Assembly: GCA_021613535.1 (NCBI GenBank)
Contig: CP075494.1
Span: 558,001-622,000 of the forward strand
DNA from: Adineta vaga
Taxonomy: Eukaryota; Animalia; Rotifera
DNA: 64,000 nucleotides
Direction: 5' to 3'
Under the pieces are notes generated by a model. It had not been told where the DNA came from and ran no database searches. It saw only the letters and a list, made by a program, of their open reading frames with translations. Below, piece by piece: positions 25,849 through 37,895 of the stretch (its first letter is position 1; each line of letters begins with the position of its first letter). The position numbers and the translations under genes are program-made.

Positions 25849-26956
25849 TATTGTCTGGAAATTCAATTATGATTTTATTAATTTTTAATTAGATAATCTC
25901 TATCGAATTGGATTTAAACTCAGACGTATTTAAATCTAGAAAATATGTGACAAATGATTCTTTCACAAAAAATCTTTAGAGAGACTTGACCGCATAGTAA
26001 CACATACTATGATATGATTCTTAAGAAGACATATTGTCTAATTCTAGATTTTAAAAAAAAGTCTCACATAGGGAATGTTTGAAAAAGAAAGCTGATAGAT
26101 AGATAGGCGACCTGTTTTAATCTACGGTATGTATTTAAACAAAGTAATCAAAGAAAAATATGAGAATAGAAGGGAGAGAGAGAGAGAAAAAGAATTTGCT
26201 CGCACAACATCTTCAAAAATATTTCATGATGTTGTTTCATTAATGCCTAATACACATACGTTATTTCGATGGAAAAGAGTTGTTGCTCGATTGATACACT
26301 AAAACATCTCACTAGGTAGAGAATATTGCTTGAAAGAAAACAAAAAATTAATTTACTTTGAAGGACTATGCAGCAAACATCAAAACTATGCTTTATTAAC
26401 TGAGCAAATAATTGCCTACTTTGAAAAATCAACAAAATGCACTTCGTTGTTATTTATCATAACACTACGAATAGAGAAAGTAATACAGTAGAATAAAAAT
26501 GCAATCGATTTTATACAACAACTTAAAAGTTTCTGCATCCATCAACTGTTGTGCAGCTTATGTTTTGCACTTAATATCATCGCATATTTAACAAACTGCT
26601 ACGAAGAGCAAAAAAATATTCACAATCACACTTTCTAAGTAAATTTAGTTTATGAAGCAGACATATTTTCTTCTTTTATAAAAATATATCTGATATTTCA
26701 TATAATGTTACCTTAATTGAAATTAAAATAAGAGGTTATTTGTACTTTGCATTCTGAAATACAAAACATAATCAAGAAAATGAACTTTTTCTGTATTTAG
26801 AAACTGTTATTGGTGTTAAACCAATTACTGATGTTCTTTGGTATATTAAACTTGTTTCTGTTAATGAAAATGAAATAACAAAATTCATGAATCTTAAACC
26901 ATATTTAATAAAAAGAGACTAAAAGAAGTTGAAGTTATTTGACATTTGGAAAATTT

Positions 26957-27029
26957 TTGAGGATGTGGGCGAGGATGTGAAAGCTAATGTCTTCTTTCTT
27001 TAGTTAAATCCACACCCATCCCTCAAGAT
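26957..27029. repeat. Telomere-like palindromic site S15
   Basis: TTGAGGATGTGGGCGAGGATGTG-spacer-TCCACACCCATCCCTCAAGAT. Confidence 0.8.
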
Positions 27030-28278
27030 ATAGATCTAGTCTTTATTCATACCGCTCTAGTGTCTACCGTCATTTCTTTCATGTCTTGTACTTCTTTTAT
27101 CTTTGCCATTATTATTAATTATATGTTGCATTTTATCTGGAGTATTATAATGGCTGTTGACAAAATTTGACAACTCTTAATTGTTTTTTCTTTCCTCTTT
27201 TTTTCGTCCTTCATTCTGTGATATACGTCGTGTTGTATTCTTATTTTCAGTTCTACTATGTCTATATGTAGATGATGTTATTGTTCGACCTTGTACAAAA
27301 GATTCAATACGTGGTGTTTTATTTCCTTTTCTATTTGATCTCGTTTGTCTAGACCATGGATTGTTGTCTATTCTGCTTTGGGTTCTTTTCAAAGACGATT
27401 TCCATGATCACTGTTAGAAATAACATATTCTTTGTTTAGCTCATCACTTTTTTAATAATTTCATTGTTACACACACGATCCTTCGCTTCTTTATTCATGT
27501 TAGCATAATAATTACAATTACCTATTCGATAGTACTAATAATACGAATTAAGTAAGTAATGATGGTTAGAAATTTTGTATGAATATGCACGTTTGTCACA
27601 CAATACGCGTGTGTCAGCAGAAGAGAAATAATACGTCCACCTTCTACGTATACAATGCGTTGAATGATCTTTAGTATTTCCAGTAGGGAAAGTGAGAAGA
27701 TTGCTTCGATACCAATAATAAATATACTAAATTTAAAACTTCCTCGATGCCGTTGTTTCTAAAACCTATGAAAAACTTATGCATACAGGCATTTTATCTG
27801 TATTATGTATATATTAACTATAGAATTCGAGTAATCATTATGACATAGATGAAACCTACGCGGAGATCTGAATGATTATATGTCATAAGTGTGAAAATGA
27901 TGTTCAAGGTTTCTTGTATATCACACTTTTCAGTTTAATTGAAAGCAAACTATCGTTCACTTCACTTTTTGCGGTACACATAACTCTCGGATTTGAATCC
28001 GAGGTTTTCGCATTTATTTTGTTCACAGTGACGTGATCAGAATTTTGATGATGGTGGGACTGATCCCTCTTGTCCCCATCCTAGTTACGCCAATTTTACT
28101 ACAAGTATTATGGCGTGTACTATTCCAACCACATCGAGTAGTAAATAGAATTTATCTGAAGAATCCTTTAGCATCAACAAAATTATGATTACGTTAGCTA
28201 CACTCGCATCGTCTCCCTCAAGATGGCAAACAAAGAGTATATATTGTTTTACCGTTATATGATCTCGTGTTGTAAACC

Positions 28279-28500
28279 ATGTTTGAGGATTAACATGCTC
28301 TACATACCAAGGGGAGAAATCCATACTGTGAACGTTGTTTGAAGGTTTCAAGGTTTTAAATACTGAGGGGAGATATCCATACTGTGAACGATGTTTGAGG
28401 ATTAACATACTTTACATATTGAAGGGGAAACCCAGACTGTTTATGATACTTGAGAATATACATGCTTTACATACTGAGGGAAGAAATACATATTGACATG
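28279..28500 (+). repeat. ~56-bp minisatellite, 4 units (3 in copy 2, 2 in copy 3)
   Basis: GTTTGAGG-like starts at 28281, 28337, 28393 and 28448. Confidence 0.75.
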
Positions 28501-29132
28501 TTTTTAAAGGGAAGGGCATATATATATGAAGAAACAGTCGGATGAAAATATATCATTAGATTTGCATTTTCGAGAGCGATAGTAGAAATCATTTCATAGT
28601 ATAAGATTGTTAAAAGTTTCACTTGTTTTTCGCTTAATCTTCGTAGACCTTTGCATCTATGACACATTGAAAAGATAGTCAGTTCAACATGTCCTCTTCA
28701 AATGTATGTAATGTTAAATTATTTTCTTCACGAATCGTAGGGATTTTATTGGAATCCTTAATTTATAGCTTTTATGCAGCAATACAAGATCAATTGATCT
28801 AAGTTTGGGCTATCAGTTAGATTCTTATAATTCGTGTAGAAAATAATTGAGCAGGATAAACCTTCTGTACATTTGCAGAAGACATGTAAACCATATTTTG
28901 CATGCATTATACATACAGATATCTATGAGAATTGGGAGAAAAGCAACTAAAGCCTTTTACGTGGACTGCGCAAGATTGCGAATGCGATTTTTCCCACTTC
29001 AATGCTATACCATATACATCTGTAGATATTACAAAATATGAGTATTCGATATTTTTACGATAGATATATGAATTAGTATTCATTGATTTCTTTTATTTTA
29101 AGAACTTATTTGTGCTTTGTCTTTTTGCGAAA

Positions 29133-30984
29133 ATGCCAAAAATTGTCGAAACTAATACTTCATTTGAAGATATTGATACGAATCGGGACGGAAAGTAAGA
29201 ATCAAGAATTTTCTGTTAAAATAATAAATTTATACATATATATATATATATGGATATAGTATTGATGAACATGAATTTCGAAACTGGGCTTCAAATACTG
29301 GAGGGATATCTTCTTCATCGTATGAAACATCAACTAGTGGCGTGTATCTTCGTGATACTGGTGATAGCCGACTGAATCGAAATAATTATGAAACATCGAC
29401 AAGTGATATTTACCTTAATGGTAATAATATTAGACGATTGCAACGAAATACATATGACACACACGGAACTGTAACAGTAACTGGTGATTTTACGAATGAA
29501 TCGGTGATTGAAACACATAGTTTGGAAGAGACCAACAGATATCTTGAAAGATCGGTTGATATTTATAAGGATCGTAATCCATTAGTTATTCAAAAAGCAG
29601 TAACGGACAAACCGATAACATATCAACAACGAATTCTTGTTCGATATCTTCAACCACCAGCTGTTCGACCACCAGGAGTAATCAAACAAAAATTTGTAAA
29701 AACAATTTTACTAATGTTTATATGATTTTAGCCACTCATTATTAAACAAGTGCGTGCACCTCAACCAGCACCACTTCCACCACTTACCATACGTCAATAT
29801 ATGCAAGCTGCTGTTGCACCACCTCCACTTATCTTACGTGAACGACCGCCCACGCCACCACCAGCTATTCCTAGTGAAACAGGTTAACAAAACAACAAAT
29901 TTAAATTACATATAAATATATCTATGAGATTAATCAATATATTTCATTTTATAGTTGTTCGTCAGGTACCTGCTCTGCCTCCTCCACCACGATCAGTTAT
30001 CATCGAACGTTTTCCACCTGCTCCGGAAAAACCACGTAAAAAGAATTATTTTCACTTTCATTGTTGTTCTTTTTAACGCGATACGAAGAATGAGCTGAGC
30101 ATTACTGTAGTGCTTCGCGAGTTTTCTATTTTTCTTACTTTCTAACCTTACTCGACGTACACATCTCAAGTCCTCATTTTGTGATGCGATGATCTCAAAA
30201 ATTGGACATCAGAAAAATTTCATTCAAAAATAAAATAAAAATAACAAAACTCCACTTGAAAAATCTGTAATCAGAATTTAATTCTGACGTTCTATATGTA
30301 TACAGAAAGCCTAGAAAAAGACGATTTTGACTTTAAAATTTTTTGAGATAATTAAAATCAAGTTGTTAAGAAGAAAAGTTAGGCGCGAACTTCGTTCAAC
30401 AGATATTTTACAGCTGATAGTATACATGTAAAAAACGATTATAAAAATGATTCTTGAAATCATTTTAACGAATGCTAATCGCATCGCATTCTGTAGTCGA
30501 GTAAAGCTTGAGTACCGTCTAGTTTTAATTGAAGATCGTTGTTTTCTTACGATTTAGGTGACATTATCATTGAACGATGGCTTCCTTATGGACCTTTACC
30601 TGAACGTCGTACAATTGTTGAAGAGGCTTCGGGTGCTGCTGTAGCATATCCAGAACCACGGAATAAGATCATTGTTTATGAACGTGCTGAACCACATGTA
30701 GTTCGACAATTTGACAAAGAAGGTGTTGTCAGCGAAGATCCTGCCAGTTATGTAGCTCGTTATGGAGATTCACTTCTAGATTCAACAACACTTATCAAAA
30801 TGGCTCGTAATGCTGGCGTTTTTGAAGATCTGGTAAATTTCTTTCCATATAATGGTGAAAAATATCTAATGAATTGTTTTCCTAGTCTCCACCCGTAGTA
30901 CCATATTCGAATATACGTGAAAGTACCAGCGATTATGAATTATCAAGTAGAAACAGATACGTGCAGGGTAAGACTTGTTTGTAA
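29133..30984 (+). CDS. EF-hand plus Pro/Arg-rich domain protein, copy 1 (homolog of 15073-16814)
   Basis: MPKIVETNTSFEDIDTNRDG..IDEHEF EF-hand; VRYLQPP, PPRSVIIERF, DIIIERWLPYG, GVFEDL; canonical introns; 3' end uncertain (possible donor at 30968). Confidence 0.8.
30074..30526. mobile_element. ~450-bp intronic insertion unique to copy 1, possibly Helentron/HINE-like
   Basis: Absent from the same intron in copies 2 and 3; subterminal inverted repeats TTACTCGAC (~30148) / GTCGAGTAA (~30496); ends in CTAG within a T-run. Confidence 0.55.
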
Positions 30985-31100
30985 TTTCTATATCCTATTC
31001 TTCTCTAAAACTTCCACATTTCGACACATGTATATATCTGACAGAGAATGTCATTTTTCTGTTCGTCACTCACTCAGTTTCTGAGATAGCTATCGTCACC

Positions 31101-31161
31101 AAAGTAGGGTGTGGGTGTGGGGTATCCTTATTGCTTTCTACGTTACCCACACCCTCAATAT
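31101..31161. repeat. Telomere-like palindromic site S16
   Basis: AAAGTAGGGTGTGGGTGTGGGGTA-spacer-TACCCACACCCTCAATAT. Confidence 0.9.
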
Positions 31162-31470
31162 TACATGACTTTCACTCGATTTTATCTTACGATATTTTAA
31201 AATAGATAACCAATACATAAGCAGTAGATCGACTCGACGACAAGGACTATTTAATTTCTCTCAATATGGTCTTCTTCCATCTGATTGTGAGTATATCAGT
31301 TTCATCATATATCATAGCTAGTTGTCTTGTTTGCTTGTTCACAATATTAGATACTCCTGGTATGAAATTTACTCGGAAATTCGTTAGACCAAGTAAGTCT
31401 ATTCATATAATTTCTCCGGGTTGAACTGTATTAAATATATATAGCAAACTTCTCCTTTCCTTCATCAACA

Positions 31471-32080
31471 ATGTGGTCAATTAGAACTGCTAAATATAAG
31501 GAGCAAGTTACTGATGGTCAAATTACAAGTGTTACTGTAGAATTAATCGAAGACGGCGTAGTTATTCATTCTCGTACAGTGACCAAACAAGAGTACAAAC
31601 GAGGTGAGGATAATCTATTCATAAGTCTATTACATATGTATGTAATCTTTTGTTTATTCATTCTATTGTAGCAAATGTTTCTTCATCAGTTCCGAAATTG
31701 GCATGGAATGAGTTCATACAAGTCTTGCAAGTATTCATGTTAGGCAATAATCAGGAACGAGAATCCGATATTGCTCGCGCCTTCGACATTCTCGACCAAG
31801 GTAGAAGAGGCCTCTACAACCGAACAATCAGTCTGTCGGATGGTCTGATTTCACCTGATGAATTACGAGCCTTTTTGTCAATCCTCACCGATGAAGTAAT
31901 TTTTAGTTTAATTGAAAAGTTGAGTTTATTTTGTCTTTAATCATTGTTTTGTTTTAGTATCGTGTTGATCTTTGTGTTTTTCTGGCTGACACAGATGGAT
32001 CTGGTAAAATTAACTTGTCTGAATTTACTCGAATGGTCAAATCAGGATTGGCAAGAGATATTATCTGCGAATGCATCTAA
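31471..32080 (+). CDS. Small EF-hand (calmodulin-like) protein, 3 exons, copy 1
   Basis: IARAFDILD...DGLISPDEL and ADTDGSGKINLSEF; GT-AG introns. Confidence 0.85.
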
Positions 32081-32577
32081 TCGTCTGAATGAATTTGACG
32101 AGAACTTTTAAAATGCTTTTGAAGGGGATGCTTTTTTAATCTAGATTATAGAATAAAATTTGGTGAAAAATTACAATGAGTTTCATATGAAAAGAGAAAA
32201 TAGCCTTAATCTTTCTCTGTCTGTTTCTATTGGCATTCAGTGGTGAATCGTCTTTAACATGTCTTTTGCATAGCATTCTACTTAGTTTTCTCTTTTTCGA
32301 ACGGAAAATAGACAATAATAAATGAAAAATTCAGTGTAGAAGAGTATATAAAATAATTTTACAGTTTCATTTAGTTCTTAGTTTCAATATTTATTATATT
32401 TGCATACGAACAAATTAAAGAATATCTTAGATAATTATGATGAGTACATGTTTTGCATACTAGAAAGCTGTTGAGACTAATAAAATTACAAATGCAATCA
32501 TCAGGACATTTAGTCAAAATAGAAAATGCGATATGTACTTGACCAGAATTTAGTGTATCAATATGACACATTGTATA

Positions 32578-35500
32578 CACTGTAAAACAAATTGGTGTTT
32601 TACCGAATCTAGAAAATTTTGAATGGTTCGGTGCAAATATTAAAGGATCGGTGAGAACTATACGAAATCATTGATTAATTTACAAATTTCCCAGAATATA
32701 GTGAGATTTTTTGGAGGTTTTCAAATTTTCGTAGGCCAGTTGAAGGTTCAGTACACTTGATCCTGAACGATTGACCGTGTCGTACAGATTACGCGAAACT
32801 TTAAGCCTGCGGAATCTACATCAGAAGTTCAGCAAATATTTAGCTGAACCCTAATAGCTTTGCGTATCTTCTACTGAACCACGAGTGTTTCATTTGGTTT
32901 GAAAAAAGCTCAGTGGATTCCAAAGGAAACCTTTTATGGTTAAATTATTGTTACGAACATTTGGTTTGTCCTATACGGAACGATTCATACTCGCAAAAAC
33001 CCTTTTTTTTTATACAAAACCCACAGATACCAAAAGGTTACAGCCGGAAAGCCGCCTAACCTGCAATAATTTAATCGATCTCTCATAGATGAAATCGAGA
33101 ATGATAATTACAACAGTTTCCATAACCGTCTTCGTATCGACCTATATTATTCACTTACCTGCGGCTCGGAGTTGAATTCACCAAAGCAGACGTTTTTATG
33201 TATCTCTTCAAAAGCTACTCTTTCAATCTCGAACAATCCTAAATGAAGCATACCAACAAACGCCGCTAGACAAAATAGTTTCTAAGGCTTTTTATGAACC
33301 TAAATAGAAATCTTATTTTAAGATATCATATGAAGATAAACCTAAAGAAAATAAGACCTTATGAACGGAGTGCTGTGACGCAAAAAGTGAACGACTAAAA
33401 GTTGTATATTTCGAGTGATGACAACTTCCCTATAGAGTATTTAGCTGTAAATTTATTTCTAGAATAAGCTATTAAAAATGATGTTTCTCGATTACTTGCG
33501 TCAGATGTATTTGCTAAACTATTTCTATTATAGATAGCATGTGGAGTAGACCTGTGCTGTGTAATGATTTCTTGATTTGATTTAAGATCCTTCTCTGAAC
33601 GAACATTTAATTCAAACGTTAGAAGAGATTTTTTGAGTTATAATCTAAAGTGTGTGCGTGAATGATGGTACTTATAATATTTGTCGGACAATCTACTGAA
33701 AATAGGCCTACGATTAATTTTAGAAAAGAAATCAAAGTTTGAACAGAATGATATTATTTGAATTTACCCTTCCGGTATTTAGTTTTAACTACCGTCCGCG
33801 TAGAAAGTGGTATTGCACAAGCTGTATCGAGTATATCCCTTGACAACTCCTGAGAGATCCGAACACGTGTATGTTTCATCATAGATTACTATGTATTTTT
33901 AGGTACGCTTAACTCTACTAGTGTCATTATATGAAGATATTTTCGGTGCTCAAGTGTATACGAATACCCCTACAGGCTATCAATTGAAGACTGAACGATA
34001 TCTCTACATAGTCGAATAGAGGAACCGCTGAAAAGATCATTTCATTTGCAAAGAATATTTGAAAAGGGTTGAGCTTGTTGAAATGATGAAGTCTTGAGCA
34101 ATTCTTTAGTTTATTTCACAAGAGTTCACGCACGAAAGCTGATCAACCACTACTCTCTATGGTCGACATGACATGTAAGTTAGTTTGAGCTATATTAGAG
34201 TCGTTCTCTCTTAACTTGTAACTAGCCTGAAAATGATTTTGTTTCATATAAGTAATAAAAGAAAGAAACTGCCTCTAATTTGAAGTGCTGAAAAGTTGTT
34301 TGGGATATAAGCTGATATTGAATTCCCATCATAGTCGATGCCAAAACATTAGGTGGTTCAGTTCATGTCTAAGATCGTTATTCACAATTTAAAATGGCCG
34401 AAACATGTCGGCTTTTCGTTAAAATATAAGAGAAAAGAAAACTGTTAAATTATTTTTGACTCGAATGAACAAACGAACGTGTATTTATTTTTTCAGTGTG
34501 TGAATTTCTTCTTGAGAAGAGGAACCTTACTATAATCCAATATTCACTGAGGAAGCTATATCAGGTTGCGTATTGTAGAAAAGAAACTTTATGACTAGCA
34601 ATGTTCAAGGGAAAAATCTTTACGTTTCGATATTATCAGACAGAACCCTTTCAGGTTCAGCATTTTCGGTCAGAACTCTTCAGGGTTCAGAATTTAATCA
34701 GCAGAACCATCTCGGTTTCTTATAAGCCTTTGCATAATCTTACATGTTTTCGGATTGATCTACAGAACTCTTCATAGTTGAAAATTGTTAGACAAAGCCT
34801 TGCTTGGTTCGTCATATGTGAGGCACGACGTTTTTTGGTTCTGCAGGTATTCCAGAACCAAAACAGATTTTGAAACACTCCTTTTTTTCAGAACACCGTC
34901 ATAGATGTTAGGATTAGTAGAAGATATAGCATTTGAACCTGGGTGTGGTATAAAAACAAAAATATAATAATAGTGGTGGATGAACACATGAATATTGGAC
35001 AAAGGGATAATCAATAAAAGAATGGTTTAGATATCGCTGATAAGTGAACAAGAAAAGAAAGTTCGAATAATTTGCGCTATTGAACCATCTTTAAACATCT
35101 CGAACCATTTCGAAATCCATCACACTCTAAAAAAGAAGGTACTTTACTGTACTTTAAAGGTTCAGTAGTTCTGCGGCGAACTATTATAAGTTCGGCAGAG
35201 TGAAGAAGCTTCCATAGTCGACGAAGAAAACGTTTTTAGGTTCAGAAACTCATACATAGTTTCGTAGTCTTCCTGCTGAACCTCGAAAAGGTTCTTTATG
35301 TGTCGAACCAAAACCGCTCTAAGGGTTCGGTACAATATCTACGAAACCAGTGGCAGTTTCATATACCACCCTAATGTATCGTATGCACTATACGAAACTA
35401 GTGGGATTTTTGTAAACCATCGTAAGACTTGGTGGATTTTTTGCCAAACTTTCGCTGGCTTTGTACATTGCCCAGAGGTTTGAGAAAATTTACGCTAAAC

Positions 35501-36053
35501 TATGATGACTTCTATATGCTTGTAACTGGTTCAGTATAGCTTCAACGAGACGATAATCCACTTCGTAGAATGAGCAGAGACTTGAAAGAACTTTTACCAA
35601 CCTATCAATTGTTTCATGTAACGGTTAAAGGTTTCATAGGATATATTCAAATATATGAACATATCCGTATACTTTAAAGTGGTTCGATGTAAGATGTACG
35701 AAACGATCAATGGCATCGTAAAGATTGTTAGAGTTCAGAGAACTATCTGCAGAACCATTGACAGATTTCACTGGTTGATTTATCTAACAAAGAGATAAGT
35801 GACGATATGTTATGAAGTACATCCTATCTTTTTGACTGTTTAGAATAAATCTCAATGGATTCAGTGCAATGGCCAACGCCCAGACTCACATCCACACCCT
35901 AGAGAAAGATCCTTTTTCTGAAGAGTACATGGTTCTTAAAATCGTACAGAATCTTTTCATAGTTTATCGATAACAGAATGCAACCTTAAAAGGATTCAGA
36001 CGATCACTAAAACAATTAATAGTTTATTATGATCCCGTTTTTTTTACAGAGTA
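32578..36053. mobile_element. Decayed CACTA/EnSpm-like non-autonomous DNA (probably two or more nested or adjacent pieces)
   Basis: Terminus-like CACTGTAAAA (32578), TTTTCAGTG (~34490), CACTCTAAAAAA (35123) and TTTTTTACAGAGT (~36041); dense GAACC/GGTTC motifs; no long ORF; TSDs not resolved. Confidence 0.45.
35882..35900 (-). repeat. Half site S17 (right arm only)
   Basis: AGACTCACATCCACACCCT. Confidence 0.45.
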
Positions 36054-37895
36054 TTTTCACACGTCTGCATTTATCAGCTGAGCATAAAAATACGACACAA
36101 TACAAACATGAATCCTTTCGTGTTGCTTAGTATAGTGAAAAAACTTGTATTATGAGTATATGTTCACCAAATTTTCGTTTTTTAGCGAGAAATATCTTAG
36201 ATGTAATTCCGCTGTTAAAATATCTCTAGTATTTTCAGTAAGAAAAGTGAGAAAATTCCTTCGACATCAGCGTGAAGTGGACATCTCGGAGCACCAGCAT
36301 CATCAGATGAAAGTCCTGAAAAATTCGTTAATACATGGTTAATTCGTCGGTGAGCGCCCACATGTTACAGTACTTTGAATGATGACTTCCCCACAGAGAT
36401 ATCTGTCGCCCACCCTCCTCTATGGAATGGTAAAAACCGCAGGTCGAAATAACTTTGCACTTAAAAGTAATACAATTTTTTCCCATGTGACTTTTTTTAT
36501 TTCCATAGTAATAATAAATATATTGAGTTTAAAACTTATATGTCATAAGTGTGAAAATGATGTTCAAGGTTTCTTGTATATCACATTTTTCAGTTTAATA
36601 ATACTATCAGTCGCCTCTTTTAGACAGTTTAATTGAAAGCAAACTATCGTTCACTTCACTTTTTGCAGTATACATAACTCTCGGATTTGAATCCGAGGTT
36701 TTCGCATTTATCTTGTTCACAGTGGCGTAATCAGAATTTTGATGATGGTGGGACTAAGCCCTTTTGTTCCTATCCTGGTTACGCCACTCTTTCTACAAGT
36801 ATTATGGCGTGTACTATTCCAACCACATCGAGTAGTGAATAGAATTTATCTGAATAATCTTTTAGCAACAACAAAATTATGATTACGATAGCTATACTCG
36901 CATCGTCTCCCTCAAGATGGCAAACAAAGAATATATATTGCTTTACCGTTATATGATCCCATGTTGTAAACCATGTTTGAGGAGTCAAATGCTTCACATA
37001 ACGAGGGAAGAAATCTATACTGTAAATGATATTTGAGAATTTAAATGTTTTACATATTGAGGGGGCAAATTCATACTGTCAATGATGTTTGAGAATTTAA
37101 ATGTTTTACATACTGAGAGAAGAAATCCATATTAACATTTTTTTAAATGGAAGGGTATATATATATATAGAGAAAGAGTCGGATGAAATAACATTGTCAA
37201 ATTTGCATTTTCGAGAGAGCCAGTAGAAATCATTTCATAGTATAAGATTGTTAAAAGTTTCACTTGTTTTTCGCTTAATCTTCGTAGACCTTTGCATCTA
37301 TGAAACATTGAAAAGATAGTCAGTTCAACATGTCCTCTTCAAATGTATGTAATGTTAAATTATTTTCTTCACGAATCATAGGCATTCTATTGGAATCCTT
37401 AATTCATAGCTTTTATGCAGCAATACAAGATCAATTGATCTAAATTTGGGCTATCAGTTAGATTCTTATAATTCGTGTAGAAAATAATTGAGCAGGATAA
37501 ACCTTCTGTACATTTGCAGAAGACATTTGGGCTATCTTTTGGATCTATTATACATACAGATATCTATGAGAATTGGGAGAAAAGGAACTAAAGCCTTTTA
37601 CGTGGACTGCGCAAGATTGCGATTTTTTCAAGCAATCATTCACGAATAGATGAAGTCATATGTGCTTTAATAAATGCTAACAACCAAAGGTCTCTATCTA
37701 CTTTTGTTCGAAAATCATTCCATAAATAACCGACAGCATGCATCCGCGAGTCATTCTTAGCATATCTAACCATTTGTAGCCATTCGAGTCAAATGAACGG
37801 GTGCGAATGAGATATTTTTATGACAGATATATTAACTAGTATTCATTGATTTCTTTTATTTTAAGAATCTATTTGTGCTTTGTCTTTTTGCGAAA

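Larger units (their letters stand above)
27876..32620 (+). repeat. Dispersed duplication unit, copy 1
   Basis: Near-identical sequence at 36536-42050 and ~48726-52659 (same two genes, introns and intergenic DNA). Confidence 0.95.

Noticed and set aside
28085-29041. Short ORFs recurring in the upstream region of the three copies
   Set aside because: Reading frames are not preserved between copies; recurrence reflects DNA duplication and the 56-bp repeat.
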